64,000 bases of DNA from an uncultured delta proteobacterium (GCA_963790475.1 CAWBOS010000015.1:128001-192000); one strand, 5' to 3'. Positions 52,181-62,382 are shown, counted from the stretch's first letter. Numbers and translations: made by a program. Notes: generated by a model from the letters alone, not told the origin.

Positions 52181-53308
52181 GTGAAAATTGCCGTAATCGG
52201 ATGCGGTTATTGGGGTCCCAATTTAATAAGAAACTTTTCCCAGTTAAATAAAGTTGACGAGTTATATTGTTGCGACCAAGACTGGAAGAATCTGGATAGG
52301 GTAATGAACCTTTTCCCATCGGTCAAAGGAGTAAGAGATTACAGGGAACTGCTGAAAATGCCGGATCTGGATGGGGTGGCTATTGCCACGCCGGTTTACA
52401 GTCATTTCCCCTTAGCCAAGGAATTCCTGGAACAGGGGAAGCATGTCTTGGTGGAAAAACCGCTGGCCCATTCCCTGGAGGCCTGCATGGAATTGATTAA
52501 AGTGGCCGAAGAAAAAAATCGGATCATCATGGTAGGGCATACCTTCGAATATGCGGCTGCAGTGCATAAGATCAAAGAAATTGTAGAGAGCGGAGAATTG
52601 GGGAAAATCCTATATATAAGTTGTACCCGGGTCAATTTGGGACTTTTTCAAAATGACATCAATGTGGTTTGGGATCTCGCCCCCCACGATATATCCATTA
52701 TTCTTTATGTCCTGAGTGAATTCCCGTTTTCGGTAAACTGCCAGGGGAAAGCCCATTTTAAATCAGAGCTTGAGGATGTGGCCACCACTACTCTGAATTT
52801 TAAGAGCGGCCTGATCGCTTTTATACACAACAGTTGGCTTGATCCGAAAAAGATTCGAAAAATAACCATTGTCGGAACAAGAAAAATGCTGGCCTATGAT
52901 GATATCGAGGCCCAAGAAAAGATTAAGATATATGATAAGGGATTGGAAATTCCGCCTTATTATGACACCTTTGCCGAGTTTCATTATTCGTATCGCTCAG
53001 GAGATACCTATAGCCCGAGGATTGACGAATATGAACCCCTCAGGAAACAATGTGGTACCTTTTTGGAATGTATAAAAACAGAAATGTACCCCCCAACCGA
53101 TGGCCATAACGGAATGAGGGTGGTGGCCATCCTGGAAGCATCCTCCAAATCATTAAGGCAAGCGGGCAGGGAAATACCCTTGCGTCTGCCCAAAGAGAAG
53201 AAACCCATCCGGAACAATGGATATGGATACCCTATTTTTTCAAAGGTCCCCTTGAAGAATAAGATGGAGACCCCGTTAAAGGTTATACAAAAAAAGGGGG
53301 CGGCTTAG
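52181..53308 (+). CDS. Gfo/Idh/MocA family oxidoreductase
   Basis: GCGYWG, VEKP and WDLAPHD motifs. GAGGAGG RBS. Confidence 0.92.
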   Translation: MKIAVIGCGYWGPNLIRNFSQLNKVDELYCCDQDWKNLDRVMNLFPSVKGVRDYRELLKMPDLDGVAIATPVYSHFPLAKEFLEQGKHVLVEKPLAHSLEACMELIKVAEEKNRIIMVGHTFEYAAAVHKIKEIVESGELGKILYISCTRVNLGLFQNDINVVWDLAPHDISIILYVLSEFPFSVNCQGKAHFKSELEDVATTTLNFKSGLIAFIHNSWLDPKKIRKITIVGTRKMLAYDDIEAQEKIKIYDKGLEIPPYYDTFAEFHYSYRSGDTYSPRIDEYEPLRKQCGTFLECIKTEMYPPTDGHNGMRVVAILEASSKSLRQAGREIPLRLPKEKKPIRNNGYGYPIFSKVPLKNKMETPLKVIQKKGAA

Positions 53309-53651
53309 ATAAAGCTGTCTGTCTTGGCCGGAAAGGAACCCTTATGAAAAAAATAATATTTTCATTGATCGGTTTATTTTTGTTGGGTTGGAGTCTGCCT
53401 GTTTTCGCTGTTCCGTTTTTACAACTGGACATCGGGGGAGGGTATTATAATCCAGCATCTAATGATCCTGGTTATAATCCTCGCTATGATCCTGAGACAA
53501 TAGTAGCTCCTGGAAATAGTTTCACCCTTTATGCCCTTATGAAGGAAGGTAAAAAAACTTCTGTAAATGATACTTATTATTTAAGTATGGCCTTTTATCC
53601 AGGCCTTGAAAAAGCATCCCCAGACCCCAACTTCGGGTCTTTTATTATTAA

Positions 53652-55101
53652 GCCGCATCCGGCATTTTCATGGGTATCCCCAATATGTTGTGGTTATTGA
53701 GGTTTGAATCTTAATGTTGGACAAGTTGGCTGTAGGGGAAATAAATTCAATCCACCACAATGAAAATATATTGCTGTTCGGTAGTGGGATCGATTTCGAA
53801 ATCCACAGGCCAATCGCTTGACCTTTTCTATTTTAGCATTGATACTTTCTCCCAGAGCATTGGTGATTCGATGTCTGGCATAAGTGACGATATTGTCGAT
53901 ATGAGTTTTTAGAGTATTGGCTGCTTTGATGACAGGGGCTAACCGTGAATGGGTTGCCCAAAAATACCATCGCTGAAAATAATGACGCATATGCGCCTCA
54001 TAACGGTAATCCCACAAATGTCGAATGTTTTCTTTAATAGCCCAAGCTCGGCAAACGCGCAGATCTTTTGTCCGAAGCGTTTCAAATTCTTCTCTTCTCC
54101 ATTCCGGAATATTCTCTTGACTCCACAACCACAGATACTTGGTCCCCTTCAGGACGGCCTCTCCTTGCTCAGAAAGCAATCGATGTTCAATCTTTCTCAC
54201 TTTATCCACGGCTTCAAGAACGTACTTCATGATGTGAAAACGATCAAAGACGATCTTTTTTTCCGCTCCAGGAATATAGGCCTTGGTGGCCGCAATATAG
54301 GGATCCCACATGTCCATAGCCACGGCCTGGACTCCGGCCAACTCCTCATGGCTAAACTGCTGATAATAGCTTTCCAGACTTTCCTGTTTCCGATCATCAA
54401 TAACGTACTCAACCGTTCCGTTGTCCAGGTCATATACCAAGGATTCATATTTATGTCCTCGGGCAATAGCCTTTTCATCCACCCCAATACGGGACGGTAT
54501 GCGATGCTCTTTCCGGGACAATCCCCTGATAACAGCTCGTTCCAATGTATTCCAGCTCTGATCCCAGCTCAGACTGCACAGCCTGCCGGTAGCCTCAATA
54601 CTGCATTCTCGGGCTATTCGAATAACAAGGCTTTCAAAGGCATAGGTCATTTCCGAACCATTTTCTCCGAGTTCAGAAGTAATCTGTTTAACTCCATGAT
54701 CAGGACAATTAACCCGAGGCGTCCGAACATGAATATAGGTGGCCATCTGGCAGGTGTCCAGATGCCGATAAATTCTTTCCGGACTATGATCATAAACCCC
54801 ATAAAACTGATCACACTCCGGGCATCTTACTTGTATGTCCTTTTCATGATCAAGATAGATGTCCACCCGTTGCTCCGCTTCATTAAGAATCACCCTGGTG
54901 ATCATCCAGGGGGGATGCAGTCCCAGCAGTTTGTAAAAAAAGGTCTTGTCGTCCATCCCTCTTTCTTTGCTAAAGTCTTTATGTTTTATTTTTTAATAAA
55001 AAAGCGGCTGCGAGAATGGGCCCCTAAACGGCTCGTCGGAGCAGCTGTCTTCCATTGTACCACAACATGTTGGGGGTACCCATGAAAAACCCTGGAGCCC
55101 C
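53652..55101 (-). mobile_element. ISL3 family insertion sequence, 1450 bp
   Basis: 8-bp TSD ATTATTAA at 53644-53651 and 55102-55109. 42-bp imperfect terminal inverted repeats, inner 29 bp matching at 27 positions. Confidence 0.92.
53694..54956 (-). CDS. ISL3 family transposase
   Basis: CPEC zinc finger, IGVDE, AMDMW, DRFH and ITNALGESIN motifs. Confidence 0.95.
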   Translation of the reverse strand: MDDKTFFYKLLGLHPPWMITRVILNEAEQRVDIYLDHEKDIQVRCPECDQFYGVYDHSPERIYRHLDTCQMATYIHVRTPRVNCPDHGVKQITSELGENGSEMTYAFESLVIRIARECSIEATGRLCSLSWDQSWNTLERAVIRGLSRKEHRIPSRIGVDEKAIARGHKYESLVYDLDNGTVEYVIDDRKQESLESYYQQFSHEELAGVQAVAMDMWDPYIAATKAYIPGAEKKIVFDRFHIMKYVLEAVDKVRKIEHRLLSEQGEAVLKGTKYLWLWSQENIPEWRREEFETLRTKDLRVCRAWAIKENIRHLWDYRYEAHMRHYFQRWYFWATHSRLAPVIKAANTLKTHIDNIVTYARHRITNALGESINAKIEKVKRLACGFRNRSHYRTAIYFHCGGLNLFPLQPTCPTLRFKPQ

Positions 55102-55574
55102 ATTATTAATAAAACGTTTCAGGGTACCCAAGACATGGAATATGGCAATCCGGGAATCCCCGACCATGGTGTATTCGATACCTATTTCATGTCGTATCCA
55201 TTTAAGTTTGATTCCAATAATCAGGTAGGTTCCTATAACACGCAAGACAACCCTGGTCAATTCAGCGACTATCTTCCGGGAACTGGTTTATACTGTGCTG
55301 CCTTTAATTTTGATACCACCAACTTGAGTGGTGATGTTACCATTCATTTTGATCTTTATAATAATGAAGTTTTTGCTCCTTTTTCTCACGACGCCCAAAG
55401 TGATCCTCCTCCTGAAGGAGTCCCCGAACCGGGGACCCTGCTGTTTTTTAGCCTTGGTTTAGCGAGTTTAATCGGGCTGAGAAGGAAATGGAAAAAATAA
55501 GTTTGGTCCCCATTCTCAAAGACTGAAGGTGAGGGTCAGAAAAACGGTGACCCTTTTTTGCTCAAGCCCGCTAT

Positions 55575-56570
55575 ATGGAAAACCCAGATCCCAACCAATT
55601 CCATTTCCGAGACCTTCACCCTGACATTTACCTGGGAACGACCTCCGATCGTTATGCCGGATGGATCGACCAGATTTATTCAAGGGAGCGCTATGTCGGG
55701 AGGATAAATCGCCGGACAAATGTCTTGGGGGGAAAAAAGTTTATTGAAGAGGTCCTTCCCATAGACAGTGTCGAGGAATATTTTGACCATTTTGGGGTTC
55801 TGGGAATCGACTATACCTTTTACCGCCCACTCACTGAGAAAGATGGAACCCCAACCCAAAACTATCATCTATTAAAGAGATACCATCAGTATATCAAAGA
55901 TGGGGATCGTTTCATTCTGAAGGTCCCCCAAATAATATCTGCCCAAAAGTTCCATAGGGGCAAAGGATATATCCCCAATGAGGACTACCTGAACCCTGAA
56001 ATATTCACCAACCAATTTTACAAACCGGCCTTAGAGGTATTGGGAGAATCACTTACTGGCTTTATTTTTGAACAGGAGTATCAGAAACTTAAAGACCGGC
56101 CTTCCGAAAATAAAATGGCCGAATCGCTCGATGTTTTTTTTGAGGCCATCCCCAAAGATCAACGTTACCATATTGAACTTCGTACCGAATCCTATTTAAC
56201 CCCACCTGTCTTCCGGGTTCTTGAAAAATATGGAGTTGGCCAGGTCCTTTCCCATTGGACCTGGCTCCCCCCCCTTCGAAGACAGTTCGCTAAAGCCGGT
56301 GGGAAGGTTTTTAATACCGCCCAAGAGCTGATTGTCCGGCTGGTTACTCCCATCGATATGCGCTATGAGATTGCCTACCAAAAAGCTCATCCCTTTGATA
56401 AAATGGTCGAGGGAATGCTTCAGCCGAAAATGATCGAAGAAACAGCTCAATTAATGCATAAAGGGTTAGAAATAGGGGCCAAAGTAAATGTCCTGGTTAA
56501 TAATCGAACCGGGGGAAATGCCCCGCTTATCTCCCAAATGATTGCCGAGAAATTCCTTCACCAAGATTAG
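55575..56570 (+). CDS. DUF72 domain protein
   Basis: GTTSDRYAGW, IDYTFYRP, LKVPQ, HIELR and VNNRTGGNAP motifs. Confidence 0.82.
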   Translation: MENPDPNQFHFRDLHPDIYLGTTSDRYAGWIDQIYSRERYVGRINRRTNVLGGKKFIEEVLPIDSVEEYFDHFGVLGIDYTFYRPLTEKDGTPTQNYHLLKRYHQYIKDGDRFILKVPQIISAQKFHRGKGYIPNEDYLNPEIFTNQFYKPALEVLGESLTGFIFEQEYQKLKDRPSENKMAESLDVFFEAIPKDQRYHIELRTESYLTPPVFRVLEKYGVGQVLSHWTWLPPLRRQFAKAGGKVFNTAQELIVRLVTPIDMRYEIAYQKAHPFDKMVEGMLQPKMIEETAQLMHKGLEIGAKVNVLVNNRTGGNAPLISQMIAEKFLHQD

Positions 56571-56713
56571 AAAACTGGATTGGTCGGTAAGGGGGAGCGA
56601 AATAATTATTGGGAAATATTTAGACAAAACACCTGCGCTCGGGATAGTGATTACAAACCCATCGCTCCAAGGAAGCTTTCTTATTCAGGAGGGCACGGGA
56701 AGGCCATTTTGGG

Positions 56714-57327
56714 CTATTTTAAGGTATACCCTCTGGCATCAAGGCAGGCACCGATCGCGCCCTTACATAGTCCGCGCTATTTTCAATTCTCTGAGCATCT
56801 GGGGCGCCCTCGGGTGGTTTTTTCGGATCGAAGCCTGTCTGATCAACAGCCCAGTCATGGCACTCGTCAAAATCCATGGCCTGTTTCTCTTCGCTTTGAC
56901 CCTGGCGGGGGTAGATGAACATCCGGTTTTCCGATTCCTGGCTTGCCGCGGGGGGCTCCTGACTTCCCTCGTCCGGAGGTGGATAATAAAATTCCGGGGG
57001 GTAATAGTAAGGTCCCAGGTCCCATCCTAAGACACCGCCGATAAATAATCCGGGTAAGAGTCCGCCATGCCCACGAAATCCTCTATGCCCTCTAAACCCT
57101 CGAAATCCTTCTCGGCTTCCACGAAATCTTTCACGCTCCCGATCTCCTCGAAATCCCTCATGTCCTCGATCTCCGCGGAATCTTTCATGCCCTCCAGATC
57201 CACGAAATCCTTCACGGCCCCCAGATCCATGAAACCCTCCACCCCCCCGGGCAGCCTTAGCTTGTTTAGACGGCACAAACAGGGTTAACAAAAAAAGGAT
57301 GCTTAATAAACCAATGAGTTTTTTCAT
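56714..57327 (-). CDS. Exported Gly/Arg-rich repeat protein (frameshift near 56757)
   Basis: Signal peptide, repeated (E)(G/R)FRG units, YPRQGQSEEKQAMDFDECHDWA domain. The other frame ends AIGACLDARGYTLK*. Confidence 0.75.
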
Positions 57328-57561
57328 GTCCTTCCCCCCGGCCGGTCTGGAACAGAGAACCGGTTCAAGCTTTTTTTAAGTAGGACTTAAGAAGAACAAA
57401 AAAGTTAAAAATAATCAACAAGACTGATTATGCCCTGACTAAGACTATATTTAATAATGGCTTGTAACACTTTATCAAGAAGAATCAAATCTGAAAAGGG
57501 AAGGAGTAAAGTAACAAAGTTAATAAAACTAAAATTATTCTGACTTAGTTCAATTTTTTTA

Positions 57562-57591
57562 TTGACACTGTACAAATGAACAGTATACCAT
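57562..57591 (+). promoter_or_regulatory. lexA promoter with embedded SOS box
   Basis: TTGACA (57562-67), CTGTACAAATGAACAG (57568-83, CTGT-N8-ACAG), TACCAT (57586-91), then 6 nt to the ATG. Confidence 0.75.
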
Positions 57592-57597
57592 AGAATC

Positions 57598-58206
57598 ATG
57601 AAACCTCTCACAGCCAGACAGAATGAAATTTTGGCTTTAATCAGAGAGTACCAAAACAAACACGGCTACCCTCCCTCTCTTCGGGAGCTGGCCGGCCACT
57701 TCAAGGTCTACCCGAATTCAATCCAAGATCATCTCAAGGCCCTGATCAAGAAGGGATATTTAAGGCGAGAGCCCAACCGCTCCCGTGGGGTAAGTCTGAC
57801 CCGGTCTTCCGGCCAGCTCCGAACCATCCCTCTTTATGGGGCCATCTCAGCGGGAGGACCCCTTTCGATAGAAGAGGACGTGGAGGACTATGTAACCCTT
57901 CCCGAGGGATGGACTAAAGGAGAAGAGGTCTTCCTTCTCCGGGTTCGGGGAGAGAGCATGAGCCCCTTTATCCTCCCTGGAGACCAGGTAATCGTTCGCC
58001 GTCAACAGAGAATCCCTGAAGGAGTAGTCGGGGTTTTCCGCCTGGATAATGAGGTTACCCTCAAGCGTTACTATCGACAAAATGATCAAGTGATTTTGAA
58101 GGGGGATAACCCGGAAATGAAACCCCTGATTATAAAAAAGCAGGACCTGTCCTCTTTTTCGATCCTGGGGAAAGTCATCGGGGTTTATCGCCCTTTAAAC
58201 CTTTGA
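57598..58206 (+). CDS. lexA: SOS repressor LexA
   Basis: LTARQ, GYPPSLRE, Ala-Gly cleavage site (SAGGP), catalytic Ser (GESM) and Lys (TLKR). Confidence 0.93.
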   Translation: MKPLTARQNEILALIREYQNKHGYPPSLRELAGHFKVYPNSIQDHLKALIKKGYLRREPNRSRGVSLTRSSGQLRTIPLYGAISAGGPLSIEEDVEDYVTLPEGWTKGEEVFLLRVRGESMSPFILPGDQVIVRRQQRIPEGVVGVFRLDNEVTLKRYYRQNDQVILKGDNPEMKPLIIKKQDLSSFSILGKVIGVYRPLNL

Positions 58207-58225
58207 GCAAATAAGTATTACCAAT

Positions 58226-60442
58226 ATGACTGCTCGCGGATGGCTTATTGATCTCTATGTCCGGGAAGATATCATAGTCCTCTGGTTCCGTCTTCAATCG
58301 GGGACGCTCCTTTGCCTGACCGATTCTTTCCCATACTGCTTTTATGCCCAAGGTCGCCCAAGGGACTTACTCACTCTTGAAAAAAATCTCTCATACCTAA
58401 TCCGCCGGACAAACTGGACTAAACGCAGGAACTTTTGGACTGGAAAGCTCATTTCCGTTCTGGAACTCGAAGCGATTTCCTTTAAGAAATTATTTGAAAT
58501 CCAAAAGGTTCTCTCCCGCTCCCTTGAAGCCATCAGTTTTTATAACATTGATCTGGCTATCCCCCAGTATTACGCCTATCAAAAAGGTCTCTTCCCTTTA
58601 TGTTATTGCCAACTCGATTGGGAAGAAAAAAGGCTTCTCGGTTTCAAGCTCCTGGACTCTCCCTGGAACCCGGATGCCTTGCTTCCCCCCTTCAAGACGA
58701 TTGAACTTGGTTTAACCCAGGACCCCCAAATCCCGCTGGATCGGGGAAACAGTCTCGAAGTAATTGATGAGGGTAGATCTTTTGAACTGGGCGGGTCGAG
58801 AACGGCCGAGCTTTTAGAAAAGCTCAATACCTATTTGGTGGATCTCAATCCGGATTTAATTATCTCTCGAAAGGGGGATGATCGGATCCTGCCCATACTT
58901 TGGAATTGGTCTCAAAAAGAAAAAATTCCCCTGGCCCTTGACCGGGACCCCCATCCCCCCTTGAGACGATCTACCGGCCAGTGGAGGTCTTACTTCAGCT
59001 ATGGTCAGATTATCTATCAGAGTTCAATCTTCCCCTTATACGGAAGGTTCCATATCGATCAAAGCAACTCCTTCTTTTTTGGCCATGGGGAGTGCGGTTT
59101 GAAAGGGGTATTCTTCTTGTCCCGTCTGACTAAAATTCCCGTTCAAACCATGGCCAGGTCCACCCCTGGGACAGCCATTACTTCGATGCAGCTAAATCGG
59201 GCCGTCCGGAAGGGAATCCTCATTCCCTGGAAAAAAGGAAGACCCGAGGATTTTAAAACCGCCTGGGACCTTTTGGTGGCCGATAAAGGGGGGCTGGTTT
59301 TTCAACCCCCCATAGGACTCAGGGAAAATGTCGCTGAAATCGACTTTGCCTCCATGTACCCGAACATTATGCTCCAGCACAACATTTCCCCGGAGACCAT
59401 GCTCTGTTCCTGTTGTCCGGGGCCGGTAGTCCCTGAAGTGGGATACAATATCTGTCAAAAAAGGGAAGGTTTGATCCCGGAAACCCTGAGACCAATTTTA
59501 GGTCTCAGAGCTGAACTCAAAGCCCGGATCAAGGCCAACCATCCACTGAAGGAAAACTACCAGTCGCTTCAAAAGGCCCTTAAATGGGTTCTGGTTACCT
59601 GCTTCGGGTATACCGGGTATAAGAATGCCCGATTTGGTCGTATTGAGGCCCATGAGGCCATAACGGCCTTTGGTCGGGACAAACTCTTCTTGGCCAAGGA
59701 ACTTGCCGAAGACAGAGGCTTCAGGGTACTTCATGGTCTTACCGACTGCCTCTGGATTGAAGGGCCTGGACTCAACGAGTCCAGCATCAAGGCCCTTCTG
59801 GCTGAGATTGGAACCAAAAGCAAAGTGCCCATAAACCTGGAAGGGATCTACTACTGGATTATCTTTCTCCCTTCGAAGGTCAATGCCAATCGTCCGGTTG
59901 CCAATCGATATTTCGGCCTATTTCAAGACGGGACAATCAAAACCCGCGGGATTGCCTGTTGCCGTCATGATATTCCCATTTTTATTCGAGAGGCTCAGAC
60001 AGACCTTCTGCGGGTTATGGGCACGGCTCATGATCGAAAATCCCTGGAGAACAAAGTGCCGGAAATCATGGACCATTTGGGGGATTTTGTGGCTCGGCTC
60101 AAAGAGGGCCGGGTTGAGACCCAAGAACTGGTTATTACTCGTCGTCTTACCCAAACCCTGGAAGAATACCGGGTCAAGACCCCATCGGCTATGGCCCTTG
60201 AGCAATTTGAGTCAATGGGGTTGACCATCCATCCTGGACAAATGGTGGCTTATCTTCTCCGGGATAGTGGTCTTTCCGGTGAGGATAAAAGAATCCTTCC
60301 CGCCCCTTTCCTCGAAGGGGGAGAAGACTATGACCAAAAAAAGTATCTGGAAATACTGCTAAAGGCTGCTGCCGAATTATTAGTGACCTTTGGATTGGAT
60401 TACAAGGATCTATTTAGTTCCTTCGGGTCAAAAAAAATATAA
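58226..60442 (+). CDS. Family B DNA polymerase, PolB2-like
   Basis: DFASMYP, KWVLVTCFGY and altered motif C HGLTDCL (canonical YGDTDS). Confidence 0.88.
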   Translation: MTARGWLIDLYVREDIIVLWFRLQSGTLLCLTDSFPYCFYAQGRPRDLLTLEKNLSYLIRRTNWTKRRNFWTGKLISVLELEAISFKKLFEIQKVLSRSLEAISFYNIDLAIPQYYAYQKGLFPLCYCQLDWEEKRLLGFKLLDSPWNPDALLPPFKTIELGLTQDPQIPLDRGNSLEVIDEGRSFELGGSRTAELLEKLNTYLVDLNPDLIISRKGDDRILPILWNWSQKEKIPLALDRDPHPPLRRSTGQWRSYFSYGQIIYQSSIFPLYGRFHIDQSNSFFFGHGECGLKGVFFLSRLTKIPVQTMARSTPGTAITSMQLNRAVRKGILIPWKKGRPEDFKTAWDLLVADKGGLVFQPPIGLRENVAEIDFASMYPNIMLQHNISPETMLCSCCPGPVVPEVGYNICQKREGLIPETLRPILGLRAELKARIKANHPLKENYQSLQKALKWVLVTCFGYTGYKNARFGRIEAHEAITAFGRDKLFLAKELAEDRGFRVLHGLTDCLWIEGPGLNESSIKALLAEIGTKSKVPINLEGIYYWIIFLPSKVNANRPVANRYFGLFQDGTIKTRGIACCRHDIPIFIREAQTDLLRVMGTAHDRKSLENKVPEIMDHLGDFVARLKEGRVETQELVITRRLTQTLEEYRVKTPSAMALEQFESMGLTIHPGQMVAYLLRDSGLSGEDKRILPAPFLEGGEDYDQKKYLEILLKAAAELLVTFGLDYKDLFSSFGSKKI

Positions 60443-60694
60443 GGTCTTAGATAAAAAATCGGAGGAAGTGCCAGGATAACACTATCCGCTTGCACAAGAC
60501 TCGTCGTCCAAAAAACTCCGGTGTCTGATATGGAAACAAGCGGCCCAAAAGATTGAGGGTGGTTCCTTCCGGCTTGACATTCACTATTAACCGAAAGAGG
60601 CTCGTGGAAAAGAACTTGCCTTTTTAACTTTTAAATAAGGGGGAAATGGGGGGAAGGAGCAATAAACAGAGAAGGATGGGGGAAAAAGGAATGC

Positions 60695-60723
60695 TTGACT
60701 TATCTGAATATAAGTCTTATCTT
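60695..60723 (+). promoter_or_regulatory. Sigma70-like promoter of the cold-shock gene
   Basis: TTGACT-17 nt-TATCTT, implying a 5' UTR of about 155 nt. Confidence 0.55.
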
Positions 60724-60885
60724 AAGTATTAAGAAATCCGTTGTTGAACCCGTAGGGTGTGAATGACGGTCGAAGTTGGTGAACAATTCGATGAGTACGG
60801 GCATCGGAGGATTTATCTTCGATGCTTTTTTTTTAGGCATGTCGTATCCCAACTTGAGAAATAATCCAAGAGGAGGGATAAGATC

Positions 60886-61089
60886 ATGGCAGAAGGAAGT
60901 GTAAAGTGGTTTAACGAAAACAAAGGTTTTGGCTTTATTGATGTAGACGGTCAGGATAAAGACGTTTTTATTCACCATTCAGCTATCAGTATGGCGGGAT
61001 TTAGAACCTTGCAAGAAGGCCAGCGGGTAAGCTTTGATATTGAGCAGGGCGCAAAAGGTCCAGCCGCAGTCAATGTTACAATCCTATAA
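60886..61089 (+). CDS. Cold-shock protein (CspA family)
   Basis: [13 protein letters not shown] and DVFIHHS motifs. GGAGG RBS. Confidence 0.97.
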   Translation: MAEGSVKWFNENKGFGFIDVDGQDKDVFIHHSAISMAGFRTLQEGQRVSFDIEQGAKGPAAVNVTIL

Positions 61090-61112
61090 GCTTTAGTTAA
61101 TCACCAAAAATC

Positions 61113-61147
61113 AAGGGGCGCGAATGCGAATTCACGCCCCTTTTTTA
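61113..61147 (+). terminator. Rho-independent terminator after the csp gene
   Basis: AAGGGGCG...CGCCCC followed by T7. Confidence 0.8.
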
Positions 61148-61744
61148 TTAAAGCTGCCTGCTCTGCTGGGTTGGAAAACTCTCATCTTCCATGGGGGCGG
61201 CCCCCATCTACCTTAGTCCGGATCACTTCATAGAAATCTTTGGCTTTTTACCCTATTTCCATAATCTCCCGATCAACCAGCCATCCTACTCGCAAGTAAG
61301 GGTCACCGGGATAGACAATTACGAGTCAAGACCGGTTTAATCTGGTTTTTTTTAAATGGGACTTTCGAAGGACAAAGAAGTTAAAAAAAACCAACCGATG
61401 TGCTATTCAGGCCCTCTGGCCTAGGCCTACTGATGATATTTTGTGACAACCTGTTAAGAGGGATCATTATAGGAAAAGGGATGGGAAAAGAATGCGCCGA
61501 TGATCCAAGCGCTGAGGGGGGGGCATCCACATGGAGCAAACATCACTTCTTTGCGCGATTACAAATCCGTCAAAGCTGAGGTGGTCCCAAAAACCGGACA
61601 AGGTGATAATCTCTAAGTCAGCGAAATGGAAGGAGTTGCCCCCAAGAAAAAACGCAAACAACACTCCCCGAATTCTAGAGGAGTTAAATGGGCGAGGGGC
61701 TCTCTCACGAAGATAAAGTTTTTGGATAGTCCCCGGGTTGGGAC

Positions 61745-62032
61745 CTAAGGGGAGGCATCTTCTCCGCTTAACTCTTTCCAGGCCTGTCGAAGGGTGGAAG
61801 TCCACGGTTTTCTACTTGATCTTAGACTAAAAAAAATCCATCCAATTAATCCAAAAAGAAACATACCCATAAAGATTATATTTTGTATGTTGAAATACCA
61901 ATCTGGGGCGGTGTCTTTCCAACCGATTACTTCGGCCAGAAAAAAATGCCAAGAAAAATTTAACAGAATTCCTCCTACGATCCCTTGGATTGTTACTACA
62001 GGGATCATGATAATCTTTTTTATAATAGTCAT
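61745..62032 (-). CDS. Hypothetical two-TM membrane protein
   Basis: 95-aa ORF with two hydrophobic segments. No recognisable family. Confidence 0.5.
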   Translation of the reverse strand: MTIIKKIIMIPVVTIQGIVGGILLNFSWHFFLAEVIGWKDTAPDWYFNIQNIIFMGMFLFGLIGWIFFSLRSSRKPWTSTLRQAWKELSGEDASP

Positions 62033-62382
62033 TGATGGCCTGGGGAATCTGCTTTTTTAATGATATTGTTTCTCAGACAGCTTTTATTGTGCCTTTTGAA
62101 TATCTATCCAACCCCTAATCTGAAACAAATTTTTTAGAATAGGTTGCCTCAAACGGGGACAGAAAGAAATAATGGGAGGACCTTATTTATGGGAAAAAAA
62201 TGTTATATTTTTGAGGTAGAGGATAATACATTAGGGTAGTCCCCAAGAACTGGACAATGGGATAAGCTCCGAATCAACCTGAGGTTTTTTGTTCGAGGAC
62301 AAAAAATAAAGCAGTCCCTTAAATAGGTCCGCATTAATTTTTATGTATTTTCACTATGATGTCCTATTAAAGAGGGCTGTAG

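Larger units (their letters stand above)
53344..55500 (+). pseudogene. PEP-CTERM sorted surface protein interrupted by ISL3
   Basis: Signal peptide at 53344 and VPEPGTLLFFSLGLASLIGLRRKWKK at the end. Removing the IS and one TSD restores a 232-aa frame (GSFIINKTFQGTQDMEYG). Confidence 0.88.

Noticed and set aside
53949-55085. 378-aa plus-strand ORF inside the IS
   Set aside because: Antisense shadow of the transposase.
57060-57250. CRISPR-like periodic repeats
   Set aside because: Coding tandem repeats without unique spacers. No cas genes in the window.
60474-60546. Second attC-like site after polB
   Set aside because: Has a CCGCTTG/CAAGCGG inverted repeat but lacks a proper RYYYAAC and the GTT right end.
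61467-61805. 112-aa minus-strand ORF
   Set aside because: Overlaps the neighbouring ORF. No RBS or motifs to support it.
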